Below the pieces are notes generated by a model. It was not told the origin of the DNA. It searched no databases and saw nothing but the letters and a program-made list of their open reading frames with translations. Both the position numbers and the translations under genes were made by a program. A DNA stretch of 64,000 bases from an uncultured Desulfobacteraceae bacterium (GTDB taxonomy: Bacteria; Desulfobacterota; DSM-4660; Desulfatiglandales; HGW-15), in NCBI GenBank assembly GCA_964644375.1, contig CAZXWJ010000001.1, forward strand, positions 2,124 to 66,123, written 5' to 3'. Position 1 is the stretch's first letter; every line of letters begins with the position of its first letter. Below are positions 37,018 to 48,701 of this stretch, piece by piece.

Positions 37018-37388
37018 AAACTGTTTACTCCTTTCGGGCTATTCCCATTCCGGGAAAATATGTGGTCCCGCTTAAGGCTCACATGTTGAGCTATAAACGG
37101 AACAAGGAGATCCAAAGATCGAAACAATCCAGATACCATCTCATGATTCCCTTGTCAAGATGTTTCCTTACGGGAAGACCTCCCTCCAGCGCTTTATCCT
37201 TAAGGTACACAGGGGGCAAATCTGCGGACATGGCTGAAGATAAAAGGCAAATCATTTGATCATTTTCATGAAATTCGATATCTGAAAGTGATGATTGTCT
37301 GTTTTTCTTCCGTTGTGCCACGTATCTTGGGTTCCTCTGCCCTGGCGCAGACGAACCCAGGGGATAATCTTTACACAGGGATAAAATC

Positions 37389-38162
37389 ATGAGGAAAGAC
37401 GAAATGGCTGTTGCTCGCCTCGCGGCCTCGGAGGCCGGGCGCATTTTGACCCAAAAATTGGGCCGCGTGAATCGAATCATCAAAAAGGGGGAGATTGATC
37501 TGGTGACCGAGGTGGACATGGCCTCGGAAAAAGCCATTGTCAGTCTCATCAGCGGCCATTTCCCCCAAGACACCATTCTCACAGAGGAGTCCGGAGAATA
37601 CCGGCATCGCCCTGAACGGGTATGGATTATTGACCCCCTGGACGGGACGACCAATTTTACCCATAACTTCCCTTTTTTTGCCGTCTCCATCGCCCTAGCG
37701 GTAGAAGGAGAGTTGGTCGCCGGAGTTGTCTTCAATCCCCGAATGAATGAATTCTTCGAGGCCACCAAAGGCGGGGGGGCCTTTCTCAATCATAAGCCGA
37801 TTACGACCTCTCAGACCCTGCATATCGGCGATGCACTTCTGTCCACCGGATTCCCCTATGACATTCATGAAAGGCCCAAGGGAGTCATCAGCCGGTTCAA
37901 GCGGCTAATCGTCCTGGCCCAGGGAATACGAAGACCGGGCTCTGCTGCTCTCGATCTGTGTTATGTGGCAGCGGGCATATTCGACGGTTTCTGGGAGCAA
38001 GACCTTAAGCCATGGGATACGGCTGCCGGCACGATCATCCTTTCCGAAGCAGGGGGCAAAGTCAGTACTTACGAAGGCGATCCCTATACCCCTTATAAGA
38101 AAAACATCGTGGCCTCGAACGCCCACATTCATTCGGCCATGGTCGCAGCTCTGTCGGAATAG
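37389..38162 (+). CDS. Inositol monophosphatase family protein (SuhB-like)
   Basis: Motifs EESG, WIIDPLDGTTNF and GSAALDLCYVAAG. Confidence 0.88.
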   Translation: MRKDEMAVARLAASEAGRILTQKLGRVNRIIKKGEIDLVTEVDMASEKAIVSLISGHFPQDTILTEESGEYRHRPERVWIIDPLDGTTNFTHNFPFFAVSIALAVEGELVAGVVFNPRMNEFFEATKGGGAFLNHKPITTSQTLHIGDALLSTGFPYDIHERPKGVISRFKRLIVLAQGIRRPGSAALDLCYVAAGIFDGFWEQDLKPWDTAAGTIILSEAGGKVSTYEGDPYTPYKKNIVASNAHIHSAMVAALSE

Positions 38163-38165
38163 TTC

Positions 38166-39191
38166 TCAGAGTTCATCCCGATGAACGCCTTGAAAGGCCC
38201 TCAGGGCTTCCTTTTGAATTTCTTCAGGGCGGTCGGTGTACCGCGGAGAGAAATGGAACAGGGTGAAACGCTTGACGTCAGCCGCATTTGCGAGTTCCCC
38301 CGCTTCCCTGGCCGTAAGATGGTTCTTTTCCCTGGCCAGATTCCGATCGCAATCCAAAAAGGTCGCCTCGATGAACAGGCGATCCGAACCTCGGATGAGG
38401 TCAAGGATCTTACGTTTATTTTCGGGGCTTCCTTTGACATCCGTAACATAGCTTATCTTTTGTCCCGGAGAAATTTTTGCGATCTTTTCAGTCAGGTCAC
38501 CCAACCGGAATGCCTTTTGCTTTATGACCTCCCCCCCTTGCTCCCAGGTCACGGTAAAATCGCGGTTGGGATCGTATTTTTCGTAGAGGGCATTTTTAAA
38601 GCGTGTCAGCCAAGGCCCCGTGGAAAGCCCCAACTCCTTGAGTGCCTCCTTGATTATATTGACGTAGTAATTTTCGGCCAGAGAGAGGCCGAGACAGGGA
38701 ATGCGATGGTCAAGAAGGACCGCTTCGACACGAAAATGCGGCTCATTGAGCAGGATTCCTGAAAAAGTCCTGTCCTCCGTGGCGGCCTCAGGCCTGAAAC
38801 GGTCCCGGCAGTGATAGACCCGGGTTTTCAGGGTGTCGGGGCCGACCTCTGTGACCCTCAGACGAAAATTGTGAGGATACTCATCAACAAGATTCCATGT
38901 ATAACCGGAAAGTTTTCCCCTCACATTCGAAAAGATCCCCGGGGGACCAAAGAGGTGAACTTCTTTGTCGCGCCCCAAAAACAACCGCAGGAGGGCATCG
39001 AAACCGATAAAATGGTCCATGTGGGTATGCGAGACAAAAATGTGAGTAACCTTGAGCATTTCCCTTGCCGAAAGCTGGCGCAGGTCACCGAGGTCAAAGA
39101 GGAGCGCTCGTTTCTGAAAAAGAAACGAGAGAATTAGACCCGGATCCGAGAACGGAGGATTAATTAACCTGGGATGAAATGAAGTCCGCAT
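38166..39191 (-). CDS. MBL-fold metallo-hydrolase (RNase Z-like)
   Basis: HIFVSHTHMDH (the HxHxDH motif) and later His/Asp blocks; 341 aa. Confidence 0.75.
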   Translation of the reverse strand: MRTSFHPRLINPPFSDPGLILSFLFQKRALLFDLGDLRQLSAREMLKVTHIFVSHTHMDHFIGFDALLRLFLGRDKEVHLFGPPGIFSNVRGKLSGYTWNLVDEYPHNFRLRVTEVGPDTLKTRVYHCRDRFRPEAATEDRTFSGILLNEPHFRVEAVLLDHRIPCLGLSLAENYYVNIIKEALKELGLSTGPWLTRFKNALYEKYDPNRDFTVTWEQGGEVIKQKAFRLGDLTEKIAKISPGQKISYVTDVKGSPENKRKILDLIRGSDRLFIEATFLDCDRNLAREKNHLTAREAGELANAADVKRFTLFHFSPRYTDRPEEIQKEALRAFQGVHRDEL

Positions 39192-39481
39192 CTTGAAGAA
39201 ATTCCTTTTTCGGTTGTCATTGCCCGTCTTGACGGTTGTTGGGTCAAGGACCCAGGCGGTAGGTCCCTTGGATACTCACCGCTCAACCTGTTGATAAATT
39301 TTATCAGATATGCCATGTCTTTCCAATAACTAATCAAGATTAATAACTATTTCCCTTGAAAGGGGAGGGACACAGAATTGAACAAGGGTGATATTTCAAA
39401 GGGTGTGAGGGAGAACGTTCGATTCAAGAAACAAAAAAAGACAGATAGCGGTTTCTTTTTCCCGAATTTGATTATGACATC

Positions 39482-39715
39482 ATGCCAAAAAAACGCGCTG
39501 ATGCTTTTGTAACTACCCTTTTCGCTATCATCTCAAAGGCCTTGGAAAGGGGAGAGGACGTCAAGATATCACGTTTCGGTCGATTTCTGATAAAATTCAA
39601 ATGGGCGAGAAAGGGACGAAACCCCAAAACAGGTGAGCCGATTATCCTGAAATCTCGCAGGGTCGTCAAGTTTCGGTGTTCACCAAAATTAAAGCAAAAG
39701 ATCAACGGAGGATGA
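39482..39715 (+). CDS. HU/IHF-family DNA-binding protein, N-terminally short and possibly disrupted
   Basis: ISRFGRFLIKFKWARKGRNPKTGEPIILKSRRVVKFRCSPKLK is the HU/IHF beta-arm. Helix 1 is missing from this ORF, and ATG 39482 has no SD. Confidence 0.65.
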   Translation: MPKKRADAFVTTLFAIISKALERGEDVKISRFGRFLIKFKWARKGRNPKTGEPIILKSRRVVKFRCSPKLKQKINGG

Positions 39716-40394
39716 TTCACCGATCCGATATGCCTCAAGGATTTAAATTGTCGGGGATTTCCGTCTCAACTGACACTCCAAGATTAAAGGCCCCCACCCC
39801 ACAGGAATGAAGGCTCAATACCGTTTATCCCGTTGTCATGCCCCCGTGACATGCCGGGGAGGCATATTTTCAGGTAATCGGCACCCGGAATGGTTCCTGG
39901 ACTATCGCTCAGGCCCATTCCATTCATATTTTCGGGAGTATGATACGAATGATTCAAGTTAGGTTCCAAAACGGAGAAGGCCTCCTATACACCCAGGTCC
40001 TGTCTCTCAGTCACCCCATGTCCGAAGACTGTTTTACGATACGATTGTCTTTTATCGGTTTTGGAAAACCGAATCATAGGTCTGTCTGCGGGACGGATAC
40101 GCCTGCCGGACAAGAATTGATCCACAGATAGATGGCGTTTTTCTTTCATTTTCCGGCCTTTTGCAAAAAGGAAAGGAGCCACGTTGAAATATTTTTTCAA
40201 AAAATTAGAACCAAACTTTGGCATTTGCAAAAAAGTGCAACACCGAAACAAGAATTTGGCAAACCAGGGCAAAGACCCCAAGGCTTAAGCACTCTCTATG
40301 CATGCACAAATCGAGGGGTTGAAAGTTCCGCTCATCACTGTGGGCGATACCGCCAACCCCTCATTATAACCCGGGCAATCATGCGAGACGGCTC

Positions 40395-42977
40395 TTACCG
40401 AAAGACGACCTCACCACCTTCGACATTTACGAACACGTGGTTCCCTTCCGAAACGCTCCCTTCGAGGATCTTCACTGCGAGCTTGTCCTGGATGAGATGC
40501 TGGATGGTCCTCTTGAGGGGTCTGGCCCCGTAAACCGGATCGAAGCCCGCGTTGGCCAGGAATTCCTTTGCCTCCTCCGTCAGTTCCAGCGTGATCTTGG
40601 TGTCCGCCAGGCGTTTTGCCAGGTAGTCGACCTGGATGCCCACGATCTTTTTGATTTCCTCCGGCCCCAGGGCGTTGAAGATAATGATCTCATCGATACG
40701 ATTGAGGAATTCCGGCCGAAAGGCGCTCTTCAGGGCCTCCATGACCCTTTTATCCTTTTCGGCTTCATCCTTTTCCTGCATTTCCTGTATCCACTGACTT
40801 CCCACGTTGGACGTCATAATCAGAACCGTATTCGTGAAATCCACCGTGCGGCCCTTTCCGTCCGTCATTCTGCCGTCGTCGAGGATCTGAAGAAGGGCGT
40901 TAAAGACATCCGGGTGGGCCTTTTCGATTTCATCGAATAGGACCACGGAATAGGGATGTCGTCGAACCGCCTCGGTGAGGTATCCGCCCTCATCATACCC
41001 CACATATCCCGGAGGGGCTCCGATCAACCTGGCCACGGAATGCCGTTCCATGTATTCGGACATATCGATACGAACCATGTATTGCTCATCATCAAAAAGA
41101 AATTCCGCCAAAGCCCGTGCAAGCTCGGTCTTGCCCACGCCGGTTGGGCCCATAAAGATGAAGGACCCAATGGGTCGGTTGGGATCCTGAAGGCCGGACC
41201 GGGCCCTTCGCACGGCGTTTGAAACCGCGACAATCCCCTTTTTCTGACCCACGACCCGCGTTTCGAGCCGTTTCTCCATTTCCAGGAGTTTCGCCCTTTC
41301 CCCTTCCACCAGCCGGGAGATCGGAATCCCCGTCCACTTAGCCACCACCTCGGCAATGTCTTCGCTATCCACCTCTTCCTTGAGCATCTGCCGGTCGACC
41401 TGGAGTCCCTCGAGTTGCCTGTTTTCTTCCTCCAGATCGCGCTCCAGTTCAATGAGCTTGCCGTATTTCAATTCCGCGGCCTTGGACAGATCCCCCTGGC
41501 GCTCCGCAAGCTGTGCCTCGGTCTTTGTGGACTCCAGGTTTCCCTTGATTTCCCTGATCTTGGAAATGGCCTCCTTTTCTCTTTTCCAGTGGCTGATCAT
41601 CTCCTCGGTCTGGGCATTCAATTCGGAAAGCTCTTTTTTGATCTTTGCCAGCCTGTCTTTGGAACCCTGATCCCGCTCCTTTTTCAGGGCCTCCCTCTCG
41701 ATCTCGAGCTGTGTGGTCTTCCGCTGGATATCGTCTATCTCGGCGGGCATGCTGTCGATCTCGATTCGAAGTTTGGACGTGGCCTCATCGATGAGATCGA
41801 TGGCCTTATCCGGCAGGAAGCGATCCGTGATATATCGGTTGGAGAGGGTCGCCGCCGCCAACAGGGCCGAATCCTTGATGCGCACGCCGTGATGCACCTC
41901 GTACTTTTCTTTGAGCCCCCGCAGGATGGAAATAGTGTCCTCCACGGTCGGTTCCTCGACCAGGACCGGCTGAAACCGCCTTTCAAAAGCGGCATCTTTT
42001 TCTATGTATTTTCTATACTCCTTGATGGTCGTTGCACCGACACATCGAAGTTCCCCTCTCGCCAGGGCCGGTTTGAGCATATTGGAGGCATCCACAGCCC
42101 CCTCGGCAGCTCCTGCCCCCACAAGGGTATGCATTTCGTCTATGAACAGGATGATCTCCCCCTGGGCATCGATAACTTCCTTGAGCACGGCCTTGAATCG
42201 GTCTTCAAATTCACCGCGGTATTTGGCCCCCGCTATCAGAGACCCCATATCCAGGGCCACAACCCGCTTATTTTTCAGCGTCTCCGGCACATCGCCATGC
42301 ACGATCCTCTGGGCCAGTCCCTCAACTATGGCGGTCTTACCCACCCCCGGCTCCCCCATGAGCACGGGGTTGTTCTTGGTTCTTCTGGAAAGGACCTGGA
42401 TGATCCGCCGAATCTCATCATCCCGGCCGATAACCGGGTCAAGGTCTCCCTTTGAGGCAGTGGCCGTCAGGTCTCTGCTGAATCGATCCAGTGCCTGATA
42501 CTTGTCCTCGGGATTGGGGTCCGTGATCCTCTGTCCCCCCCGAATATCCACCAGGACCTGTAGTATGGCGTCCCTGGAAACCCCTGAAGCGGCAAGAATT
42601 CCGGCCGCATCGCCCTCCTTTTCTTCCGTTACGGACAGCAAGATATGCTCCAGGCTCACGTATTCGTCTTTCATTTTTTCGGCCTCATTGAAGGCCTTGT
42701 CCAAGACAGTCTTCGTTCTTGGGGAAAGGTAGGCCTGTCCGTACCCTGCGCCCGAAACCTTGGGTGTCTTTTCCAGGGCCGCATCAAACTCTCGAATGAG
42801 TTGAGCCTGATTGACGCCGATTTTGCCTAATATGGGAGGGACGACCCCCTCCTTTTGATCCAAAATGGCTCTTATCAGATGTTCGGGTTCAATCTGCTGG
42901 TTGCCGAATCTCTCCGCCATCTGCTGAGCTCCCTGAACAACTTCCTGCGCCTTAAGCGTAAATCGATCGAACCTCAT
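40395..42977 (-). CDS. clpB: ATP-dependent chaperone ClpB
   Basis: Two AAA+ modules ([15 protein letters not shown] and [15 protein letters not shown]), a long coiled-coil middle domain and a Clp N-domain. ATG 42977 lies 8 nt after GGAGG. Confidence 0.96.
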   Translation of the reverse strand: MRFDRFTLKAQEVVQGAQQMAERFGNQQIEPEHLIRAILDQKEGVVPPILGKIGVNQAQLIREFDAALEKTPKVSGAGYGQAYLSPRTKTVLDKAFNEAEKMKDEYVSLEHILLSVTEEKEGDAAGILAASGVSRDAILQVLVDIRGGQRITDPNPEDKYQALDRFSRDLTATASKGDLDPVIGRDDEIRRIIQVLSRRTKNNPVLMGEPGVGKTAIVEGLAQRIVHGDVPETLKNKRVVALDMGSLIAGAKYRGEFEDRFKAVLKEVIDAQGEIILFIDEMHTLVGAGAAEGAVDASNMLKPALARGELRCVGATTIKEYRKYIEKDAAFERRFQPVLVEEPTVEDTISILRGLKEKYEVHHGVRIKDSALLAAATLSNRYITDRFLPDKAIDLIDEATSKLRIEIDSMPAEIDDIQRKTTQLEIEREALKKERDQGSKDRLAKIKKELSELNAQTEEMISHWKREKEAISKIREIKGNLESTKTEAQLAERQGDLSKAAELKYGKLIELERDLEEENRQLEGLQVDRQMLKEEVDSEDIAEVVAKWTGIPISRLVEGERAKLLEMEKRLETRVVGQKKGIVAVSNAVRRARSGLQDPNRPIGSFIFMGPTGVGKTELARALAEFLFDDEQYMVRIDMSEYMERHSVARLIGAPPGYVGYDEGGYLTEAVRRHPYSVVLFDEIEKAHPDVFNALLQILDDGRMTDGKGRTVDFTNTVLIMTSNVGSQWIQEMQEKDEAEKDKRVMEALKSAFRPEFLNRIDEIIIFNALGPEEIKKIVGIQVDYLAKRLADTKITLELTEEAKEFLANAGFDPVYGARPLKRTIQHLIQDKLAVKILEGSVSEGNHVFVNVEGGEVVFR

Positions 42978-43103
42978 GTTGCATGCCTCCTTTATCACGA
43001 AGGGGTATTGTCATATTCGGCGTCCACGGTGGATCACGCCATGGATCGCCACTTGATCTCACAAAAATACAGATTCACAAGCTTGAAAAATACCATGAAG
43101 AAA

Positions 43104-43134
43104 AGATAATTCCGCATATCGTTTATTTCAAGGG
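43104..43134 (-). promoter_or_regulatory. Candidate sigma-32-type promoter for clpB
   Basis: The minus strand reads TCGCCCTTGAAA-N-ATTATCT. This matches the -35 consensus TCnCCCTTGAA, and the -10 resembles CYTATNT at 18 nt from CTTG. Lies about 125 nt upstream of the clpB ATG. Confidence 0.35.
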
Positions 43135-43363
43135 CGACTCCCCCTCGCCCCGTTTCGAATGATAGCCAAACCTCACGACATGGGATAAGATAAGAGAGGT
43201 TTTTGTCGGGGAACCCTCTTTAGGCCTCTAACGATTTGATTCATTGTCAGGACCATGCGATGAATGTCCGGTTGATTTTTTGTCTTTTTTGAGGTTATCA
43301 TTCCAGAGGTTTTCCTCCCAAGACTGACATTACCCTTCATCCTACGCGTTTTTTCATCATGAT

Positions 43364-44773
43364 ATGAGGTCTCGAATGATTAAACCCGACTTGTCGTGCC
43401 GTATTTATGCCTTTATTCTCCTCCTCGGGCTATTTCTCTCGGGCCTTTTCCCCCATCCCGCCCGGGCTCAATACCCGCTCTTGAGTGAGCTTATCATCAC
43501 CTACAATATCGAGGCACAAAAAAAGAGCCTGTCAAATAAAACTTACAGGGGTGAGGAAGGTGTCATGAGGATTTTGCCGAAGGCGGCCGATTCTCTCGGG
43601 TTGACGGTGCTCATCACTGAGGATTACCTTCAAGCCGTAGCCCTTCAAGATAAGGCAGGTAAATCCCTGGAAAAGGCCAAGGCGGCTATGGTGATGAAGA
43701 AAAATAAAGCAGCTCCTGATTTTTATGCCAGACATATTGTCGAAAATTTTCTGGATTACAAAAGGCTACAGGAATCGGCAAGACAGAAATTTAAGGCCTA
43801 CAGGTCTTCATTGAATCCCTCCACGGATGAAAGGCTCAACCGAGAGAAAGCCCTAAAAGCCATGGGCACTCTGATGGAAGCATGTTTTCAGGAGGCCGGC
43901 CACAATCTCAGGGACGCCCTGGGTTGTTTTTATAACCGGTGCATGGGGGGGAGGAAACGTTCGCCCCACATCACCCCCGCTAACGTCTTGTTTGTCAATG
44001 AAATCTTTCGACTTTTTATCGCAAAGGCCCCAAAGAAGACCCTTCAAAAATTCGATCTGGACAAATATCACGAGGATACCCGTACAAAAGACAGTGGCCA
44101 TTGGAAAGGTCTCCTGAAAAGGGAAGGTTTTCCCTTCACATCTGAACTGGAAAGGACCATGGAAAAATACGAGGACAAGGGCCTCAGAATAGGCCCACTT
44201 CTCTTTGCCGCACTCATGAAAAGGGAATCCCGATTCGAGCATCACGCCGTATCCCGCATGGGGGCTGCGGGCCTGACCCAGATCATGCCACAAACGGCCC
44301 GAACGTTGGGAATGAAACGGATCTATTCGCCGGCCTATTTTGACGAGGCCCTGGCCCTTGTCAAGAAAGAGCGAAGGCAAAGGCAACGCGCTACCGCGGC
44401 CCTTTTCAAGATAGATGAAAAAACGGGAATCACCCAGGCAAAAGAGGCGCGGACATTGATGCAACGCTCACTGCATTTGGGTAAGAAAAAGGAAAAGTTA
44501 TTTTTGAGATACAAAGCTGAGCTCCTCAAAAACAAGACCGACGATCGACTTGTGCCTGCCAAGGCCATTGATAACGGCTACAAATATTTTGCACGATTGA
44601 TGAAAATGCAGGAAGGAGATATTAGCCTGGCATTGGCTTCCTACAATGCAGGGCCTCACCGCGTAAGTAAATACAAGGGGATTCCGCCCTTCAGAGAAAC
44701 GGTTTTTTTTAGAAATGAGGTCATCAGATACTACCATGAGTATCTGGAAAAAATGAAATTGGCCAGACAGTAA
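43364..44773 (+). CDS. Lytic transglycosylase (SLT domain) protein with signal peptide
   Basis: SLT catalytic block [29 protein letters not shown] ... [13 protein letters not shown]-terminal hydrophobic signal. Confidence 0.8.
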   Translation: MRSRMIKPDLSCRIYAFILLLGLFLSGLFPHPARAQYPLLSELIITYNIEAQKKSLSNKTYRGEEGVMRILPKAADSLGLTVLITEDYLQAVALQDKAGKSLEKAKAAMVMKKNKAAPDFYARHIVENFLDYKRLQESARQKFKAYRSSLNPSTDERLNREKALKAMGTLMEACFQEAGHNLRDALGCFYNRCMGGRKRSPHITPANVLFVNEIFRLFIAKAPKKTLQKFDLDKYHEDTRTKDSGHWKGLLKREGFPFTSELERTMEKYEDKGLRIGPLLFAALMKRESRFEHHAVSRMGAAGLTQIMPQTARTLGMKRIYSPAYFDEALALVKKERRQRQRATAALFKIDEKTGITQAKEARTLMQRSLHLGKKKEKLFLRYKAELLKNKTDDRLVPAKAIDNGYKYFARLMKMQEGDISLALASYNAGPHRVSKYKGIPPFRETVFFRNEVIRYYHEYLEKMKLARQ

Positions 44774-44837
44774 AAAGGTCCGGATCCAAAGCGACAAACC
44801 GGGTCCGCCACTACTATTTTCGGGTAAGGAGGAAAAA

Positions 44838-45746
44838 ATGACTGGAGAGGTGTTATTGAAATCGAGCTTCGATAATCTTCGCCTGCTCAAGCGAGGAAAG
44901 GTGCGGGATGTATATGAAATTGAAGACAAACTCCTGATCGTGGCCAGCGACCGTATGTCGGCCTTTGATGTGGTAATGGATGATCCGATTCCCGACAAGG
45001 GGAAAATTCTCACGAGTATCTCCATGTTTTGGTTCAATTTTCTCAGGGACACGGTTGAGAACCATGTCATCTCCACCGACCCGGCGCAATACCCCGAGCC
45101 CTGCCAAAAACACACAGAGGCTCTCGCAGGCCGAAGCATGCTTGTCAAAAAAGCCGACGCGCTTGCCGTCGAGTGTATTGTCAGGGGATACATTTCCGGT
45201 TCGGGATGGTTGGAATACCAATCCAAGGGCAGTATCTGCGGCATTTCCCTTCCGACCGGGCTCAAGGAATCGGAAAAATTATCCGACCCCCTCTTCACCC
45301 CGTCGACCAAGGCCGAAGAAGGTGTCCACGATGAAAACATTTCCTTTGAGAAGGTCGCCGAAATCCTCGGTACTGAAAGGGCGGAAGAAGTTCGAGAACT
45401 CAGCCTCAAAATTTATCGTGCCGGCAGAGATTACGCCGCTCGAAAAGGTATTATCATCGCCGACACCAAGTTTGAATTCGGCATCGTTGACGGCCGCCTC
45501 ATTCTCATTGACGAGGTTCTGACACCGGATTCATCCAGATTCTGGCCCGTTGATCACTACCGGCCCGGCGGTCCTCAAAAAAGTTTCGACAAACAGTTTC
45601 TGCGGGATTACTTGAACGGCCTCGACTGGCCCAAAGCACCCCCTCCGCCCAAGCTCCCGACCGCGATCATCGATAAAACAAGAGGCAAATATCTTGAGGC
45701 TCTGAAAAGTTTGACCGGGCACGGGTTGGACGACTTTCATTCGTAA
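44838..45746 (+). CDS. purC: SAICAR synthetase PurC
   Basis: GKVRDVYE...[13 protein letters not shown]...[10 protein letters not shown]...[14 protein letters not shown]. Confidence 0.93.
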   Translation: MTGEVLLKSSFDNLRLLKRGKVRDVYEIEDKLLIVASDRMSAFDVVMDDPIPDKGKILTSISMFWFNFLRDTVENHVISTDPAQYPEPCQKHTEALAGRSMLVKKADALAVECIVRGYISGSGWLEYQSKGSICGISLPTGLKESEKLSDPLFTPSTKAEEGVHDENISFEKVAEILGTERAEEVRELSLKIYRAGRDYAARKGIIIADTKFEFGIVDGRLILIDEVLTPDSSRFWPVDHYRPGGPQKSFDKQFLRDYLNGLDWPKAPPPPKLPTAIIDKTRGKYLEALKSLTGHGLDDFHS

Positions 45747-45990
45747 CCGGAGTCCAAATCCAAATTAAGAGAGTTGTGAGGGAGGCACCTTTACGAACTT
45801 CGCCGCGTTTACCCCTTCTGTGCCGGGCCGCAGCCTTTTATGTGGGTTGCGGTCACGGTATGCCCTCGTTGAAGCCTTCGCCTGACAAAATCCGGCACCC
45901 GGCGGGAAGCAGGGCAGAAACCAAACAAAAACAGCCCGTCAAAAGACCCTAAATAGAGAAAAACAACCCCAAAAACCTTCTTCATCCAAC

Positions 45991-46020
45991 CTTGACAAAG
46001 ACTCTGCTGATGCTTAACGT
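45991..46020 (+). promoter_or_regulatory. Candidate promoter for grpE-dnaK (sigma-70 or sigma-32 type)
   Basis: CCTTGACA (45990-45997), a 17-nt spacer, then TAACGT (46015-46020). It can also be read as CTTG-N18-CTTAACG. Lies about 90 nt upstream of grpE. Confidence 0.35.
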
Positions 46021-46106
46021 ATTTCATGATTGCAGGTTATGTATCACTTTGAAATTACTCCGGTTCATCTTGCAAATCTGACGATTGGGAAAACTGAGGA
46101 CAAAAC

Positions 46107-46760
46107 ATGAATAAGAAAGGGAAAAAGGAAGCCATAAAGGACAAACCCTCCAAGGACGATAAGGACATCATCATCGACATCAATCGCGCCGAGGCTGAAA
46201 AGGATCATGAGGAAAAAGACAAGCCGCTTGAGGAAATGACGAATGCGGAATTGAATGAAAAGATCAAGGAACTCGAGCAGGACAAACAAACAAATTTTGA
46301 CCTCTATCTGCGGGCGCAGGCGGAGGTGGAAAACATAAAAAAGAGAGTCAGGAGAGAGAAGGAAGACTGGTATAAATACGCAAACGAAACCCTCATAAAA
46401 GAAATATTGCCGGTTTTGGATAATCTGGAGCAGGCAATATCCCATTCCAATAATGATGGTTCCATTGAGGCACTTAAAGAAGGCGTTGAATTGACCCTCA
46501 AGGGGCTGAAAGATACCCTTAAAAAGTTGGGAGTTGAAGATGTGAAGGCACAGGACGAGGCCTTTGATCCTTGTTTCCATGAGGCGGTATCTGAAATCGA
46601 AGACAAGAGCGTAAAACCCGGGATGGTGGCTCATGAACTTCAAAAGGGCTACACCCTTAATCAGCGTTTAATTCGCCCCGCTATGGTGGTTGTTAGCAGG
46701 GGAGGAGAAGACGGCACAACCGACCACGATAAAAGCACTGAAAAAGCATGTGAAGAATAA
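46107..46760 (+). CDS. grpE: Nucleotide exchange factor GrpE
   Basis: Charged N-terminal region, then LRAQAEVENIKKR..., ILPVLDNLE and FDP..HEA; typical GrpE. Confidence 0.9.
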   Translation: MNKKGKKEAIKDKPSKDDKDIIIDINRAEAEKDHEEKDKPLEEMTNAELNEKIKELEQDKQTNFDLYLRAQAEVENIKKRVRREKEDWYKYANETLIKEILPVLDNLEQAISHSNNDGSIEALKEGVELTLKGLKDTLKKLGVEDVKAQDEAFDPCFHEAVSEIEDKSVKPGMVAHELQKGYTLNQRLIRPAMVVVSRGGEDGTTDHDKSTEKACEE

Positions 46761-46790
46761 TAGCGTGTGACAATTTTCAAGGAGGTTAAG

Positions 46791-48701
46791 ATGGGGAAAA
46801 TTATAGGAATCGATCTTGGGACCACAAATTCGTGTGTCGCAGTGATGGAAGGGGGAGACCCTGTTGTTATCACCAACGCGGAGGGAAGCAGGACAACGCC
46901 GTCCATCGTTGCCTTCAGCGATAAGGGGGAAAGGCTGGTGGGTCAGATTGCCAAAAGGCAGGCCATCACCAATCCGGATAACACGATATTCGGTGTCAAA
47001 AGGCTTATAGGGCGCAAGTATGGGTCCCCTGAAGTCCAGAAGGACATCAAAGTGCTCCCCTATAAGATTCTAAAGGCGGATAACGATGATGCCCATGTGG
47101 AGGCCAGGGGGAAGGCTTACAGCCCTGCCGAAATTTCTTCCATGATCCTGCAGAAAATGAAGCAAACGGCCGAGGATTACCTGGGGGAGAAGGTGACCGA
47201 TGCAGTCATTACCGTCCCCGCCTATTTTAATGACAGCCAGCGGCAGGCGACCAAGGACGCCGGCCGTATTGCCGGCCTCAACGTACAACGGATTATCAAC
47301 GAACCGACCGCCGCTTCCCTGGCCTTTGGCGCCGACAAAAAAGGAGACAAAAAGATAGCTGTCTTCGATCTCGGTGGCGGGACCTTTGATATCTCCATAT
47401 TGGAGATCGGTGAAGGGGTTTTTGAGGTCAAGTCCACGAATGGCGATACTCATTTGGGCGGAGAGGATTTCGACCTGAAAATCGTCGATTTTCTTGCAAA
47501 CGAGTTCACAAAAGACCAGGGTATTGATCTGAGATCCGACAAAATGGCCCTCCAGAGGCTGAAAGAGGCGGCTGAAAAGGCCAAGATGGAGCTATCGAGT
47601 TCACAGGAGACGGATATCAATCTCCCGTTCATTACCGCAGACGCCAGCGGCCCAAAGCATTTGAATATTAGACTTTCCAGGGCCAAACTAGAGTCCCTGG
47701 TTGATGATCTCATTGACAGGGTGATCGGTCCCTGCAACACCGCCCTTCGGGATTCCGGTTTAAAGGCCAGCGAAATTGACGAAATTCTTCTGGTCGGAGG
47801 GATGACGCGGATGCCCAAAGTTCAGGAAAAAGTCAAAGAGGTCTTTGGCAAAGAACCCAGCAAGGGCGTCAATCCGGACGAAGTGGTTGCCGTCGGTGCG
47901 GCCATCCAGGGAGGTGTGCTCAAGGGGGAAGTGAAGGACGTGCTTCTTCTGGATGTTACTCCTCTTTCCCTGGGTATCGAAACCTTGGGAGGTGTCTTCA
48001 CCAAATTGATTGAGAAGAATACCACTATCCCGACCAAAAAAAGTCAGATCTTCTCCACGGCCGCCGACAATCAACCTGCCGTGGAAATTCACGTGCTCCA
48101 AGGTGAACGTGAAATGGCCGCGTACAACAAAACCCTCGGCCGTTTTCAACTCATGGGTATTCCGCCCGCGCCCAGGGGGATTCCTCAGGTCGAAGTCACC
48201 TTTGATATTGATGCCAACGGCATCGTAAACGTTTCCGCCAAGGATATGGGTACGGGCAAAGAGCAGTCCATCAAAATCACCGCCTCGAGCGGTCTTTCCG
48301 AGGAGGAGATTCAGCAACTCGTCAAAGATGCGGAAATGCACGGAGAAGAGGATCGTAAACGGCGAGAACTGGTGGATGCAAAAAACATGGCGGATTCCTT
48401 GGTCTATTCCACGGAAAAATCCATCAAGGAAGCAGGAGACAAGCTTGATGCCTCAGGGAAAGCCGATATTGATCAGGCTATCTCAAATCTCAAAAAAGCC
48501 ATGGAGACGGAAAACACCGAAGAAATCAAACGTCTCACTGAGGAACTGACCCAGGCCTCGCACAAATTGGCCGAGGCCATGTATGCACAGGCATCCCAGC
48601 AGCAGTCGCAACAGGGCGCCGCCGGAGGGCAAGAGACCGGAGAAGAAGCGCCGAAGGACGATGATGTTGTTGACGCAGACTTCGAGGAAGTGAATAAGTG
48701 A
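46791..48701 (+). CDS. dnaK: Molecular chaperone DnaK
   Basis: [28 protein letters not shown] and [14 protein letters not shown] 46791 follows GGAGG. Confidence 0.97.
   Translation: MGKIIGIDLGTTNSCVAVMEGGDPVVITNAEGSRTTPSIVAFSDKGERLVGQIAKRQAITNPDNTIFGVKRLIGRKYGSPEVQKDIKVLPYKILKADNDDAHVEARGKAYSPAEISSMILQKMKQTAEDYLGEKVTDAVITVPAYFNDSQRQATKDAGRIAGLNVQRIINEPTAASLAFGADKKGDKKIAVFDLGGGTFDISILEIGEGVFEVKSTNGDTHLGGEDFDLKIVDFLANEFTKDQGIDLRSDKMALQRLKEAAEKAKMELSSSQETDINLPFITADASGPKHLNIRLSRAKLESLVDDLIDRVIGPCNTALRDSGLKASEIDEILLVGGMTRMPKVQEKVKEVFGKEPSKGVNPDEVVAVGAAIQGGVLKGEVKDVLLLDVTPLSLGIETLGGVFTKLIEKNTTIPTKKSQIFSTAADNQPAVEIHVLQGEREMAAYNKTLGRFQLMGIPPAPRGIPQVEVTFDIDANGIVNVSAKDMGTGKEQSIKITASSGLSEEEIQQLVKDAEMHGEEDRKRRELVDAKNMADSLVYSTEKSIKEAGDKLDASGKADIDQAISNLKKAMETENTEEIKRLTEELTQASHKLAEAMYAQASQQQSQQGAAGGQETGEEAPKDDDVVDADFEEVNK

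Noticed and set aside
37091-37789. 232-aa minus-strand ORF across the rpsF upstream region and the IMPase gene
   Set aside because: It is antisense to an inositol monophosphatase gene with clear motifs, has no family pattern and is Arg/Ser-rich. Shadow ORF. The same reasoning applies to the long antisense ORFs inside clpB (41415-42455), secD (58091-59155), purC (44498-45409), tgt (57033-57725), apbE (30567-31313) and the thiolase-like gene (4378-5082).
39434-39448. dnaX-like slippery heptamer A_AAA_AAG in the upstream HU/IHF-like frame as a programmed -1 frameshift site
   Set aside because: The -1 frame hits TAG at 39446-39448 after two codons, so slippage here cannot join the two HU/IHF parts.
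40215-40240. TGGCATTTGCAAAAAAGTGCA as a sigma-54 promoter
   Set aside because: The GG-to-GC spacing is wrong: 7 or 17 nt instead of 12 from the first G of GG to the G of GC.
45809-46027. 72-aa minus-strand ORF between purC and grpE (possible small membrane protein)
   Set aside because: There is no SD and it overlaps the likely grpE promoter. The hydrophobic stretch alone is insufficient evidence.
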